DNA of 64,000 nucleotides from Daphnia carinata (Eukaryota): NCBI RefSeq assembly GCF_022539665.2, contig NC_081333.1, positions 10,602,001 to 10,666,000 of the forward strand, read 5' to 3'. Shown piece by piece: positions 25,647 to 38,800 of this stretch (position 1 is its first letter; each line of letters starts with the position of its first letter). The notes under the pieces were generated by a model. It saw only the letters and a program-made list of their open reading frames with translations, ran no database searches and was not told where the DNA came from. The position numbers and the translations under genes were made by a program.

Positions 25647-28600
25647 TCATTAGCAGTGACTAGTACCTGATGACTAATGGCCCTTCATCATCGTTCGCAT
25701 AACGAGGGACGTTTTCACATCTGGAACAACAAACATTGCGAAGGGGCTTCAAACAAGAGAAAATTTGCAAACGCGTGTTCGTTGCGACAGAAGGAGTTTC
25801 AATCACGAACTGCCCGAGTGCAATATACTGCGATGAATCCTTATTCAAATTCATTAACTCGTTGGTCATCAGACTTTGATGAAAGGACACCTCTTCATTT
25901 ACTTTGAACGTTGGCCGCTGTTATTGTTGATATCTCAAGGTTTTCTTGGATGAAACAAAACCTATGCATCAACCATTTGCGTTAGAACTCTTTGAAGATG
26001 CAAAACAAGAGATGTGTGCTTTGTAACACTGCAAGATATGAATCTCATTACAATATCATCTGCACTGTTTTCATTTTTATAGCCAAAACATTTTCGAGAC
26101 CAACAGTGTCGTTGAGACGGAGAGGAGAAGATTGTCAAGTCAACGCGTTTTTTCGCGTTGATGAACGACCCGGAGAACATTTGCATGAGATTGCCATTGG
26201 ACGCAGCTGTTGTCCGCTTGATCATTGGAAGCCAACCTGCGATGAAAACGATAAATAATACCGACGGCTACACAATACATCAGAGAGATTGTGCGCTGGC
26301 CTATGCTCCCACGCATAATTTATAGGCTATAATAATGCCATTGAGTTGCTAGCTCATAGCTAAATCACCTAGACTCACATCTAGCCCGCAGATGCATGCC
26401 GTATTTACAGAGAAGCTTAACGCTTAGCTCATTTCAGATTTTGATTACAGGCGCATTCCTGAAGGACGGACAGACGTCAAATCCCTATTACCTTTCTGTA
26501 GATATTATGATGCGTTGACTGGAGAAAGGCTAAGGGAGGAGCACAATAATCGGTATTAGAAACGTCTATGTTAAAAGACTTTAAAAAACTATTCAATTAT
26601 AAATACGCTGGAAATCTCATACACGAATAGAGGAAACGTCATCGATGGGAAAAATTTTTTTATCTTTATTGTAGTATTGGAATGCTCTAGCAGAAGTCCA
26701 CCTATGCTGGGGAATTGATGCATACGTTCAGGTCTGCAATGCTATGTGAAGCCCAAATCGATTTCACGTTTTTTTTTTGTTTTTTTTTTTGTGTTCGTTT
26801 ATATCTTTGTTTCTATCCATGTTTTTTAAAAGGAGAGTTGGCTTCGTTTAGTTTACATGTTGTCCGTTGGTTCTGACGTTGGCAGTTGCCTGATCCCGCG
26901 GGCATATAGCGACTGCTCACCATTATTTGTGAATTTATCGTGATTCTTGTTTCTTCACTGGTCGTTGGACATCTTGCGTCTACACGGAGGACTTATTCCC
27001 AGCGTAACAGTTTCCCCGCCGTCGCTCGGCTGATTTTTTCCGAGCCTTGCATCTCCGGACATTATCCAGCCGATTCTAATCGGAATAAACGAAAGTGGAA
27101 AAAAAGATGTCATCTGGAACGAACACCATCTTCTTCTATTCTCGTTGGCCTTGGCGTCCATTGTATAACATCAACTTGTTTTTTTTGTTTGGTTTTTCTT
27201 TTTCTTCGATCCCACCATTGAATGGATGGATATGTGTCTAACAAGTCACGTGCGCCTGCTTTGTGTCCTTACCACCCCCCATTTGCGTTTGAACGAAACC
27301 TTAACCAAATAAAGGCGCTTTCGACGTTTGACTTTTTTAAAAGTAAGAAACACAATTATTCATGGCTCAATGCATCTTTGAATTTATGCGCATCTTGCTC
27401 ACGTCTCCTATTTTGAATCTTCTACTTTCACCGAGATTTGTGCTCTTCTTTATTCAGTCCTTCTGATGGCAATAGCTGACGCACGAGCATCGAATGCAAA
27501 CAAATTAATTATTGAATCAAGCCAGTGTCAAACTTTTCTTCGGCTATGGAATGCGATGACATTCATAGTTCAAATGGAAACGTATGCCTACGTTACAGGA
27601 CTAATTAACAATTCAGAAAGGGACCATCATCGTACCGCGATTTATTTTTGATTCGTTGATTGTTTTCTTTAAATCTGCCTTAAGTTATTGTCATGACGAT
27701 ACATCAACCCAGCATACCCAAGACGTCTCCCTTAGGTTAACTCAAGTGGCTGTAGAACTTTTGCCACTTCACCGGCAGCCGAAAATTCTTAATTAATCAT
27801 TACGTTGTTTCCTCTTACATCCAAACTTTTTCAATGGCGTCGTGCGATTGCGTGAACGAAAGATGATCAACGTGTTCTTCGGCGCTAGTCTGCCATGACG
27901 ACAGCTGCAGAAACATCAGCGTCTGTTTACAATAGCTCACCCATATCGACGTAGACTGTATAGTATGGGGACTCTGTACATATATAGAGGCAGGACGGAA
28001 GGACAATCTATTTGCTTTGCTAAAGTAGCGATCGATTTTCATCATCCATCATGGCGATTGGTAGACGCAGGAAGTTTATGTACGCAAGAGCAATGACGTT
28101 GCCCAGCGAACAGGCCTTCTATTTACAGAAGCCCATTTTTTGTCACCATACACTTGAAGCGAGGATCGGACTAGAAGAACTCTCCAGGAAAATATGAAAA
28201 AATAATAACGATTCGGCAATTTCCTTGTTGCTTTTTCTTTCATTATATTACTTTTCTCCCTGTTCCGCTATTGTTTTCACTCCCTGCCTCGTTTCTCGGT
28301 GCCGTATCCAAACTTTTCCCCTTTTTCTTTTTTCTTTTAGAATGGAACCTCGCAAAAGTGCCGTGCTATCTCTTGTATATAAAACATGTATGATTCAATC
28401 GATGGGTTGGTAAGTGTCTGTGACTGTTTGCAATTGGGCATGACGACCATGTTGACATCCTCCTGAAAAATACAACGTATTATCATATTTTTTTTTTTCT
28501 ATTCCGTAATCTCTCATGATCCCAAATTTGCTGTTATAATTCTATTACTGCGGGACTCAGTAGTACTTTAAAAACGTAAACTAATTTATTCGACTATAGG

Positions 28601-29733
28601 GAGGGCATACTAAGGAAAGAATAGTTAGCTGCCTTCCTTTTTCCGCCGACAAACGCATTCTAATACAAGAAATCAAAGAAGAAAATGAAAGTAAAAAGCC
28701 AAGAGTATTCTACCCACGAGGAACTCGCCAGCAAAGTAGAGAAGAAAGAGCACAAAAAAACCAAACAAAAGCGCGTGCATATCTAATTACGCAAAAAGTT
28801 TTAGAACCATGTCTCGATCGATCGTATATTATTACACATAGCGAGTGAGAGGTCGATAGGGATTCAGGTTTGGGATGTGATTTCAGAACAGAAATGGTAC
28901 CAAGTTGGATATATTTTTTTTGTTTTTTGTTTAGAAATACTTCTTTTATCTTCATCGGTTTTTTCTTTTGGCCACAAGTTACGACATGCTGTTTTTGTTT
29001 TTCTTTTCGAATGATCAAGTTGTTTCTAATGGAGGAAAACGGATCGGGAGAGAGGGGAAAACACCGAAACCAATAACACAAAGACAAGGAAAGGTAGTGT
29101 TAGTTTTTAACTACCAACCCAACAATGTTTACAGTTGTTAACGAAGCCAGCAATTAGCACGTGTGGTAGATAGATCCTTCTATGTACGACATATACATCA
29201 ACCCTCGAGATGAAGAAAAGGACTTGCTGAGGCCGAGGAGGAGCTGAGCGCTGGATACGGTCTAGCGCTCGAATTGAAAAGTACGCAACATCAGGTGTAT
29301 GACAATATGTTGCCATGGTACATTTATATTTATACATAAACGGAAAAAGGAGGGATGGAGTTGGGGTAAGGATATTACAATTGCCAAGAAATATTTTTTA
29401 TATAATAAGAATAGCAATAGATGGAAAGCCACCTAGAAGTCCAGTGTCGCATTCAAAGAACACGGAGGGGAAGGAGACATATAGGAGAGAGCTGCTGCTG
29501 GAATAGAGAAACGAATCGGGATCTCGAAGGATCGATTTTTGAATATTATACATGAGATGAAAAATCGTGTATGTCAGGTTTGTTTTGTTTTTTTTTTGTT
29601 TTATTTTGAAACCTTTTCTTTCGTCCTTGCCTCGTTGATTAAAAAAAAAAACGAAAGAAACCAAAGCCAAACTAAAGAGTAAAAAAAAAGGAATTTCTCT
29701 TTATTACTTGCTTTTTCTATATTTGATGGCCAT

Positions 29734-32700
29734 CTAGTGGCAGTAGATCATGTGAAGAGCTCCGGTGCCGTATCGAACCGTCTCGGTCTTGCGGCCGTTG
29801 TTGTTGGCGTGGCCGACGCTAGAGGACGGACAAGTCCCGTCGTGAGCGCAGCGGCACTTTGGGTTGACCAGGAATGTGGTGGCCGTCTCCGTGATCACCT
29901 TGCACGCCTCGCTCCCGCCGCAAGTCTTGAGCTGGATTACATAAGAAGAACAGACCAATCAATGACAATCAAATAACAATGGCAAATCTGCTCATTCGCC
30001 GCTTCTTTTACCATCCTAATTGATGTTTACGTTTATACATTTCCGAAAATGTATAAACCGAAAAAGAAATACACTCGACTGCACTCCAAATCAGTGGCAC
30101 AATAAATTGCTAGTTGGCCCTCTAATTCATCAAGAACTGACGCTATTGACACAATCGGAACGTAATTAAAATAAGAAGATTTCGTTCATTGTTCTGCCCT
30201 AGATTTTTTCCCCTTTCACTCTGTTTTTTTTTTTCGGTCGTTGCTATATATAGCTCTATTGGACTTTGGCCTGTTTGAGCATTTTGTGAAAACACAGTTG
30301 AATTGCCGCTCGAAGGCTAAGCAGGATATTCCGGCGCGGACCCTTGATTGTTGACTGTATACACATACGGAGAAGGGGGGGGGGGTGCAGAATGCGCAAT
30401 ATCCGCCAACTAATGCGACTATATACAAACGTTAGTTTAGCGAGACCTATTCATCTTCGTCTCCCCCTCATCCCTTGTACGACGTCGGGCATCGTCAAAA
30501 CTCTTTACGTCTAAGTTTTGTGATTGAAAGAGATAAAAGAGATACTCTTTTGGAACATCTGGTTCAGAAGTGGGAGAAATAAAGGCTTTTGCGTTTTCGC
30601 TTGTCGCACATAATGTAATAACCCTATCGACGCAAAATGAAGCCAAAACTAACGAATCCCAGCTACAATTAGATTATATCAACAGCTTTCTTTTACACAT
30701 GCAACTGCTCTACTATGATTGGCTTCGACGGAGGACGGACCGATCCGGACGAGCACATTTTCTTTGACATTGAAGCACAGACTGTGGCATGGTAGATTGC
30801 TTGTACATTCTATGCAATCTCGGTTACCCAGTAAGACTGTGGTGCCATTCCCTGTAGGAAGGCATCGCTTTATGCGATCCCAATCATCCTACGGGCGAAA
30901 AAGAATATAAGAAAAAAAACCAAAAGTCGAGTTTGGTAAATAATGACGTCAAATTCGCTTTTGCGAAATGTCGTAGATGCAATACATCCAGCAATCAATC
31001 AGCATTAGGCGATAGCAAAACCTTTGGGTCTATCACGAGAAAATAAAAGATGTAAAACATATAGGCTCCAAATCGCCATGGCGATTTACAGTCCCGAAGG
31101 ACGTTGACTTTAAAACGGAACTGTCATCTCCGTCCCCGTAAAACGACAGAAACTGGGTTCAAATAAGACATGCCCACACAAAAGACTAAAATGCATATCT
31201 TTCTTTTCGTTTCTACTTTGCTATATAACAAGAAGATTGGCCTTGTTTCTTAAGGATCTCTTCTTTTGCTTGGGCATGCGGTGGCGAACATTTTCCTAGA
31301 TGTAATGCGAGTGCTCATCGGTAATACTGATTCATCCTGCTGCTTTCTTATTATCATATCTATGGGCATTATTATACACAAGCGCATTATAATGCATTTT
31401 CGATCAACTGTTAATCGAACACTGGCATCCTCCGCCATTCCCTGGGCCAATGACTTTGTGATATGGAAGAATGTCATTAGGCATTCGAATCAACATCTGC
31501 AGACTATTGAATATCTTATAACCACCATACAAAAGCCCTGCACGCGTTATTATCAAGAACACTATTTCTTCGTTCGAACGTACGATAAAAGCTCTAGTGT
31601 TTGTGTGTCCGTAGGAGAATTAATTAATTCCGAGTGACGCGTCTTGAACGTTACACCGGGTGTTTATCGCACTTCCCTTTTATGGTATCCGATAACCATG
31701 GCAATGCGATTAACACGAGCAACACATATCAACACGGGATAAAATGCCGATACGAGCCAAGTGTTCGAAGTATGCTGTGCTTACGTTACAAAGCGTATGT
31801 GTTAAACGATCACTGATTGTGCGCATCTGCCTATCTGAAACCTAACTCTAATTAAGTTAAAGGGCTCTATTTAACTGAAATTTGTTTCCCGTTTTACCAT
31901 ATAATGTTGTTTCCCACATTCAAACCGAGGATTGCGCAGTTACCGGGGATGCGAAAAAAAAAAAAAATTGAATTGAAACCTTGATGATTAATGAGAGCCT
32001 TTTCATCGCGACAGGCTCATCAAGGAAACCATAGATGTTGAAGCAAAAGAGTAATAGAAGCGCCTGCTGTAAATAAACCAAATGGATGCCGTGGTGCGAA
32101 CGACGGAAAGCACTAAAAAAAGCAGCGTGAATGACGACAATCAAAGGCTTCTAGTGCCACCGTTGTGATGCTGCCTATCTGAATGGTTTTCCAGCTTTTG
32201 TTTTTTTATGTGTATCCATGTACACTTTGCACGAATATTCTAGAGTGAGATATAATTCCAATTCATATTTACCGGGTTGCAGACGTAGGTGGTTGACATG
32301 GACTCGGTGTCGTCGTCGACGTCGTCGAACTGGCTGTCGACGAGGTCGTAGTTGGCACTTTGACCAGGACAAATGCAGTGATTGACGTCGTTGAGGGACA
32401 ACATCCTTCCCGTCGATTTGGACATGAGGCTCACCGTCGTGTAGGCCGTCATTCCCCGTTGGCAGGTGCGCAGCGCCGGAGCCTTACGGCAATACTGCTC
32501 ATTGATTTCCGAGGTCGATTTCAGACGAGACGAAATAGAAAGGAAAAAGACAAATCAGACAGAGAAACGAACGGTAAAATCAGTCGAGCGTTATATTTTA
32601 AGGACATCGTTGAATGGTGTACTCAGATAATAGGTTTTCCAACTAAAGACTCTTTTCCGTGATAGGTTACAAGTTGTCGTTGACGAATACGTGGGTTGTC

Positions 32701-34009
32701 AAGGTATATGCTACTGTCTACACAGATAGGTATACTTAAAGATAAACATCCTGTTAAAGCACCTCTTCAACGAGAGTGGCTCTCTTTTTTTTTTTTTATC
32801 TTGGCTTTTAGTTCTTGACAACGCCGTTTGTTTGTTTTCGTATGCAATCTGCGGTTCTCCTATCGGCCGAAAAGTGTTCCGAAGTCGAACAACTTATGAT
32901 CTCATGTGGTTTGCTATTACAAAGCGCGACCACCTCATCCGCATCATTCAATTCTTCCGGCGGGCTAGATCAATCCTGTTTTCCACACGCAGTCATGCCA
33001 TAAATTACCATACTGCCATCGTATCAAAATGCAACAGCTCGATACACTTGAATAAGGTGCCAACAGAATCGCCGACTACGCGCGATGAATATTTTGCTAT
33101 ACATTTTTCTTGATCCATTTACATAATAACGAAAACAGGCTTATTTCGCAAAATTCTACTGGCGTAAGGTAAGGTCTACATTACACAATTGCAGACAAGT
33201 TACATAATCATAATTGCTTAGTGGTTTTCAAGAAGCTTCTAGTTTGCCGAGGCTGGCGAGCGCTTAAAAAAAATGAGTGTATTTAGCTTGTGGGGATTGT
33301 TGATGCCCGTTCCAGCTAAAGACGACAATGAGTAGCCTTGGATAAAAACCTCTGAGCAACCTAACAAATTTTATGCGCAACTGACAACCTAGCCCAGCAG
33401 TACAACATATTTTTCTCGGAATATCACCCAACAAATGTGTGTGATTATTTACAAGGATGGAAGGGCGCCTGGATGAGTTGCTACGGCAACAAAAGAAATA
33501 ACACATGTCGTATATCATAAAGGAAGAGCGTGGAAGAGGAAGAAACATGTGAATGCTGACGCATTTTGCCACGTCGAAGACAAGAAGAATGACGATACAT
33601 GAAAAAAAAACATTACCTTATACTGGTCTGATCCTTGTGTGATTGAATGTCCGTCTTCGCTGTCCCAGAGCAGCGGACAGCGGTTGAGGCCCGGACAGGA
33701 GCACAGCGGTTGCGTGTTGATTCCTCTAGCGTTGGCTTGCAGGTAAGCGCATATCGTGTTGCCGGCACAGACGGGCAGCTTGCTTTCCTGTTGATCGCAA
33801 CACGAAAACTGTATTATCGCCAAAGTTGGAAATAAAAATTTCTCATTTAAAAGGGTAAATTCGATGCAAATCACCTCTGGCAATGGCTGGAAAATATCGT
33901 TGATTTCATTGCCGTCGACGTTGCTGCCAGTCAATCTTCCCATAGCGGCTGATGACATGACGAGACCCGTCAAAACTAAGAAGGCGGCTCGTACCAATGA
34001 AACGTACAT
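29734..34009 (-). CDS. Secreted cysteine-rich protein, Argos/giant-lens-like (scoloptoxin-11-like), 4 coding exons, ~241 aa
   Basis: Exons 34009-33875, 33787-33617, 32494-32273, 29931-29734, all phase 0, 726 nt. Signal peptide MYVSLVRAAFLVLTGLVMSSAAMG, then three modules starting LPVC/LRTC/LKTC, each with CxC (LCSCPGLNRCP, HCICPG, KCRCAHDGTCP). The gene model is firm; the family call is from recalled Cys spacing. Confidence 0.75.
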
Positions 34010-35615
34010 GTCGTGTGCTAGTTTGATTCTTCTTTTTCTTGGTGGTTCCAGCAGCTTACGTTGAGGATACAGGCTCTTCGCTAGGGCCAAATAGTTTCCG
34101 TTTATGGAGTGGAATAGAATAACAAGACATCACATATTGTGCTGCATGTTCTTACTACACAACAACCAGATTGGCGTAGTCATTTCAAGACGAAATGTGT
34201 CGATCCGTCTAGATAGTCATACAGCCAAAGCTATTTCGCTTGACATGCATTTCGCTGTGCGCTACATAAACGTTGTAACCGTTGCGCCTAACAAGATAAT
34301 TCGATTGGCTCTGGGTATTTTACATTTTGAAGGAAAGTTCGTGAAAAAAGAGGACGGTCTGATATCCAGGCTAGACATATCGTACACTCTTTTATCTTTT
34401 GTCGTCAAAATTTCATCCGTGTGTGCCTCGTCAGTTTTATATATACATTGTTTGCCTTTGAAGAAGAAAGAAGACAATCGAGATGACTAATGAGATTCGA
34501 GTTGCCACGGCGATCAATTGCTTTTCGCCAGCCTGATGCTTCCCAGCACACACGTGATGTAAAGACAAATGAAACCTCGTACAATAGCGCATATATAAAT
34601 AGAGCGGGAGCACCTGTACGAAACTCGGAAGGAAGCGCTACGTTAATGTCAAAGGAGTACCTCTAACAGTTGTGTATATCTATGCTGGTATATTCTTACA
34701 TGGTGCTTGCGCGTGTTGCTGATCATTCAGCAATATCCTATGCCATCGCAATCGATGGGCAACTCACCCAACATTAGGTTTTAGTATAGGCGGCATCAGG
34801 AAATAGACAGCGTTCCGAAAGACTCTCCGAAGTTGAAGAGTGAGTTTCAAAAATCAAAGATCTAAACGAGCGACGGATAATCAATTTCTGAAAAGGAGAT
34901 AGACGGCTCTCATGGCTGGAATGAGAAATGTGACAACGACATTCTGATGGATACTTCAAGTTGCCCGTATATCGAATTGAGTGTGTGTCATATCAAGATC
35001 AAAACCCCTCCGCCTTTTCTTTCCTTTTTTTCTATGACGTTTGGGTTGAACTGTAAGTCCTTTCTGTCTAACCGTGTATACCCAAAGAAAAATCATTCTG
35101 AGATGATGGGACGCCACTAAAAGGCCAAGATCGACGCTGTTCAGTGAAAAGAGAAAATGACGTTCGCCTGATGGTGAGAGAGTAAAAGCAATGCCAAAAG
35201 CTAGTGGCACCTATACGTTTCTGTATCCGATTGATCTCTTTTCATTGTCACCAAGCAGCTATAAAGAAGAGGGTTTTTTTCTTTTGTTGAAGAGCTAGCT
35301 TCAAAGAAATGACAGTTCACTTTCCTTGTCACCCACAGTAACTTTGCCATTTGAACATTTCTGCTGTAGACATCCTTAATGCGATTTCTCCGATAATTGA
35401 ATCGACGACAACTGGCAGACGGTGATCGCAAAAAATCAATCTATTTTATTAGAGTAAATCTAACGCTTGAGAGGTGTCGCCTTCTGAGACATAGTGAAAC
35501 TGCTAAGCTTAAGTCTAGGGACGTGATATAATCAAACAATTTCATTCCGTAAATACTGTATACACAACGTTCGTCATTGTTTTCTAAAGCCATGCGTTAT
35601 ACAAGATATAGTTAC

Positions 35616-35872
35616 CTGCGCTCTTGAATAGTTTCCTGCTGACAAAGCGGATGTCAACAGCTGCCGACAGCTCGTTGATTTCTTTCCGACGTCGGGCGAA
35701 CAGACAAAAGGATGAAAAGGCAAAAGGAAATAGTTGAACAAGTAAGCGGAAGAAGATAAGAACAGTTGGGTTCTGCGTTTAGATGCCTGGTAGTGATGGC
35801 ACACGCTCAGCACCGGTCGAGATGAAGTAGGAAACAAGAGTTGCTTGTCCAGCGACAGACTGGGTTTTTATA
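35616..35872 (-). promoter_or_regulatory. Putative TATA box and non-coding first exon of the Cys-rich secreted gene
   Basis: TATAAAAA at 35872-35865 (minus) next to a GC-rich block; CAG|GTAACT donor at 35616/35615; candidate acceptor ccctag near 34081, upstream of the ATG. Confidence 0.4.
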
Positions 35873-38800
35873 GAGCAGACGTGCGCGTGGGAGGGCATAG
35901 AGAACTTGCTCGGCGGCGGCATCCAGCCCCTCGAAGCCGCGGTGTCAGCAAGACGTGGCAAAGGGGGCGCGACTTTGTTCTGCCTTCCTTCGCTAGTTGT
36001 TACAGTGCGGGACAACGGGCTCTCTGGCGCATGTTATCGTAGAATACATCGAAAAATAAAAACCGTATGATGTGCATTGAAACCATTCGACCAGCATCTG
36101 GGTATTATAATGAACTGATTCAACAAGGCCTATTAAAAAAAATAGCGAACATGAAAAAACAAAAGAAGGCGAAAGATTTCCGCTATAGTCGGAAAGAGTG
36201 TGTTAACCTTTATGCTCGTTGAATCCACGCAGGCTTACGTAAAGGCCCATAAACCCAAAAACGATGGAGTTCTGACAACGGATGACAGCTCTTGTGTATT
36301 TTTCTTTATTCAAGCTTGTGTCTCTTTGATTCCATGCCATTCGATGTCCGTCGTTCAACGTGTAACTAGAACACTCTTTCGTATCTTTTATTCATATGTC
36401 CTTTTTTATATATCCTTTAATCACCCAAGGTCCATATACTGGTCTTATCATGACGGGCCATATATAAACGTCATCGTTCGGACTGGGATCAACGCAAAGG
36501 TTAGACGTGATCGAGTAGGCACCTTTTATTTTCATCCAAACATTGTTTTCCGTGTAGTGTAGTGTAACTGTGTTACATGTGTTAGCATCAAATGAGAGTT
36601 GATGGAGGGGATAGTGAATGGTACGTAAACAAGTGCTCATCCAGATTTGCAACTGCTCATGAGCAACCAACTTCTGTTAAATGCGGATGTTTTCACAATT
36701 GTAAGAAGAATTCGGTTGAGTACCTTTCCAAGAAGAGGCCTAAATCGGACTGACGTCAGAGTTGGAAAACATGATTTTACGTGAAAGTAATGTTTACGTT
36801 ACCTACCGACCCAATTACTGTTTGTATGTGTCCCTTTTCGTTTAAGTAACGAGTAGCAGTGTTAGGGATTAATAAATGGACCGTGCGTACACTTCTTGCC
36901 CCAATCGAGTCCTCGTTATCGCCTCGTTCCAAGCTCTTCTCTTTACCTTGGCCTTCGTTCTTTGCACTCGCATTTCTTGCACATCCTGTTCACTTCCTTT
37001 TCCTTCCTCTACAGCTGGATTAGAAAAAGTACTACTTCGCGATAAGAACCCATCCAAAAGCACTAGTTCCGGTAAGTTGAAAATAGCTTTTCTCACTATT
37101 CCATCCAATTGTTTGCAACACCTTTGTGCTTGTGATCGACTAAATTTTTCCGCCCGCTTCATTTTCAGTGCAGCAGGGGGGTAAAATATCAAGGAAGATA
37201 AATTGGAAATTTTGTATCAAGATTGAGTGGTGTGCGAATAACGTGAAAGGATATTGAAGAACATGCGATGCAAAGATTGAATCCATTTTGGTTTATGTGT
37301 GCGTGTATACGTCCTCTACGCCCATACCTTATGCCGATACACCTATGCCGATACTGAGAAGATCTTAGGATATAATAGGTCCATTGTATGCCGAAGAAAG
37401 TACAACGTATTGGGGATCCGCGTCTAGTCCACGTATCAGTAGTCTGCGCTACACACAGGCCATACAACCTTACACATCAAACCTGTATGTATTGATGGTG
37501 TACGTGCGTATAAGGGTTGTCTTTTTATGATTGTAACTATAGGCTGTCGCGACGTGTAAGATGAAATACTTGACAGATGTGTCGGACGCAGCAGGACGAG
37601 TTAGAAACTTTGGCCGAATCAGAGGGAACGTGCCCAAATTTTGTGAAGAATCATATAGAACTTAAGAAGGTTCATGTCTTGTCTAACAGTTGCGTTAAAC
37701 CGTTTACTGATGCAGAAATGCATACTTGCCAAAACTTGCATGGCCATAACGTTTCAGCTTCGCAACGTTCTCGTCCAAGTGTAACATTCTGAAGTGTGTA
37801 GACAAAATGTGTAGATGAGTTTTTCGGTAACTTGAAATCCCGGTAGGAAGGTGAATGTAGTATCGAACAAGCTGACTTCACAGATATTTTACACATAGAC
37901 AAGTGTGAAACACTCTTTCTTCACACGAAGATAAGTGCTTTACACGAACGAAAGGTTAAGTTATCGAAGAAGAGTAGCCTTTTCCGTCTTAAGTATACGT
38001 TTTTGTTTTAGCTTTTTTAAAGCCGTAAAGCTAGTTTTAACTTTTCCTTTTCAATCGCAAGCGCCTGTTGGAATTTCAGCAAAACGAAACAGAAATAAAG
38101 GAATAAAACAACAAAAAATTGTTTTGCTTTATGCCTTTTTCTGCCAGATAAAAATTTGGTCAAGGGGAAGATCCTTTTTGTTTTCTAATTACACCTCATA
38201 AATGGGGTGCGGGACGAGTTCCTATATGATGCGAAACAGTAAGAGCATTCCAAGTTTGCATACCATTGTATGTTTTGTACGTCAAGTTCTTCCCAGTTTC
38301 ACGTCGGTTTAATTTGTTCTCCAGCTTATATATTAAGAATTCTTTAATCAGAATCCTCGCATATGACAGAATTCATATGTGCCCAATCGTTTTCGCATTA
38401 AGGCAACTAGTGACTGTTACATATATAGCTTTGTTGATATCTGTACTTTATATCCCTAGCGTCAATAATTGCGCAGTGCCAAAGAAAAAAATGTATCTTC
38501 TCCTTTGAATTGAATTTGTGCGTATCCAGCACACGGGTTATTTCTCCGCTTGAAATCCGAGCGATGCGTAGCCCAGTGTATATATGCAACAAATCAACAA
38601 GCTCATTCATGCGCTTGGAGACCTTCTGTCAATACGGAACCGTCTATAAGATCCCAAAGTAGTTGCATCCTTTAAAAAAAAAGGAGACACTGAGGACCAG
38701 GAATATCAATTTGGGAATTCAACAACGTTTAGGTAACACTGACAGATGCATACTACACGCCTACAACACACTTTCCGGCTTTTAAAGTAAAGTAGATCTA

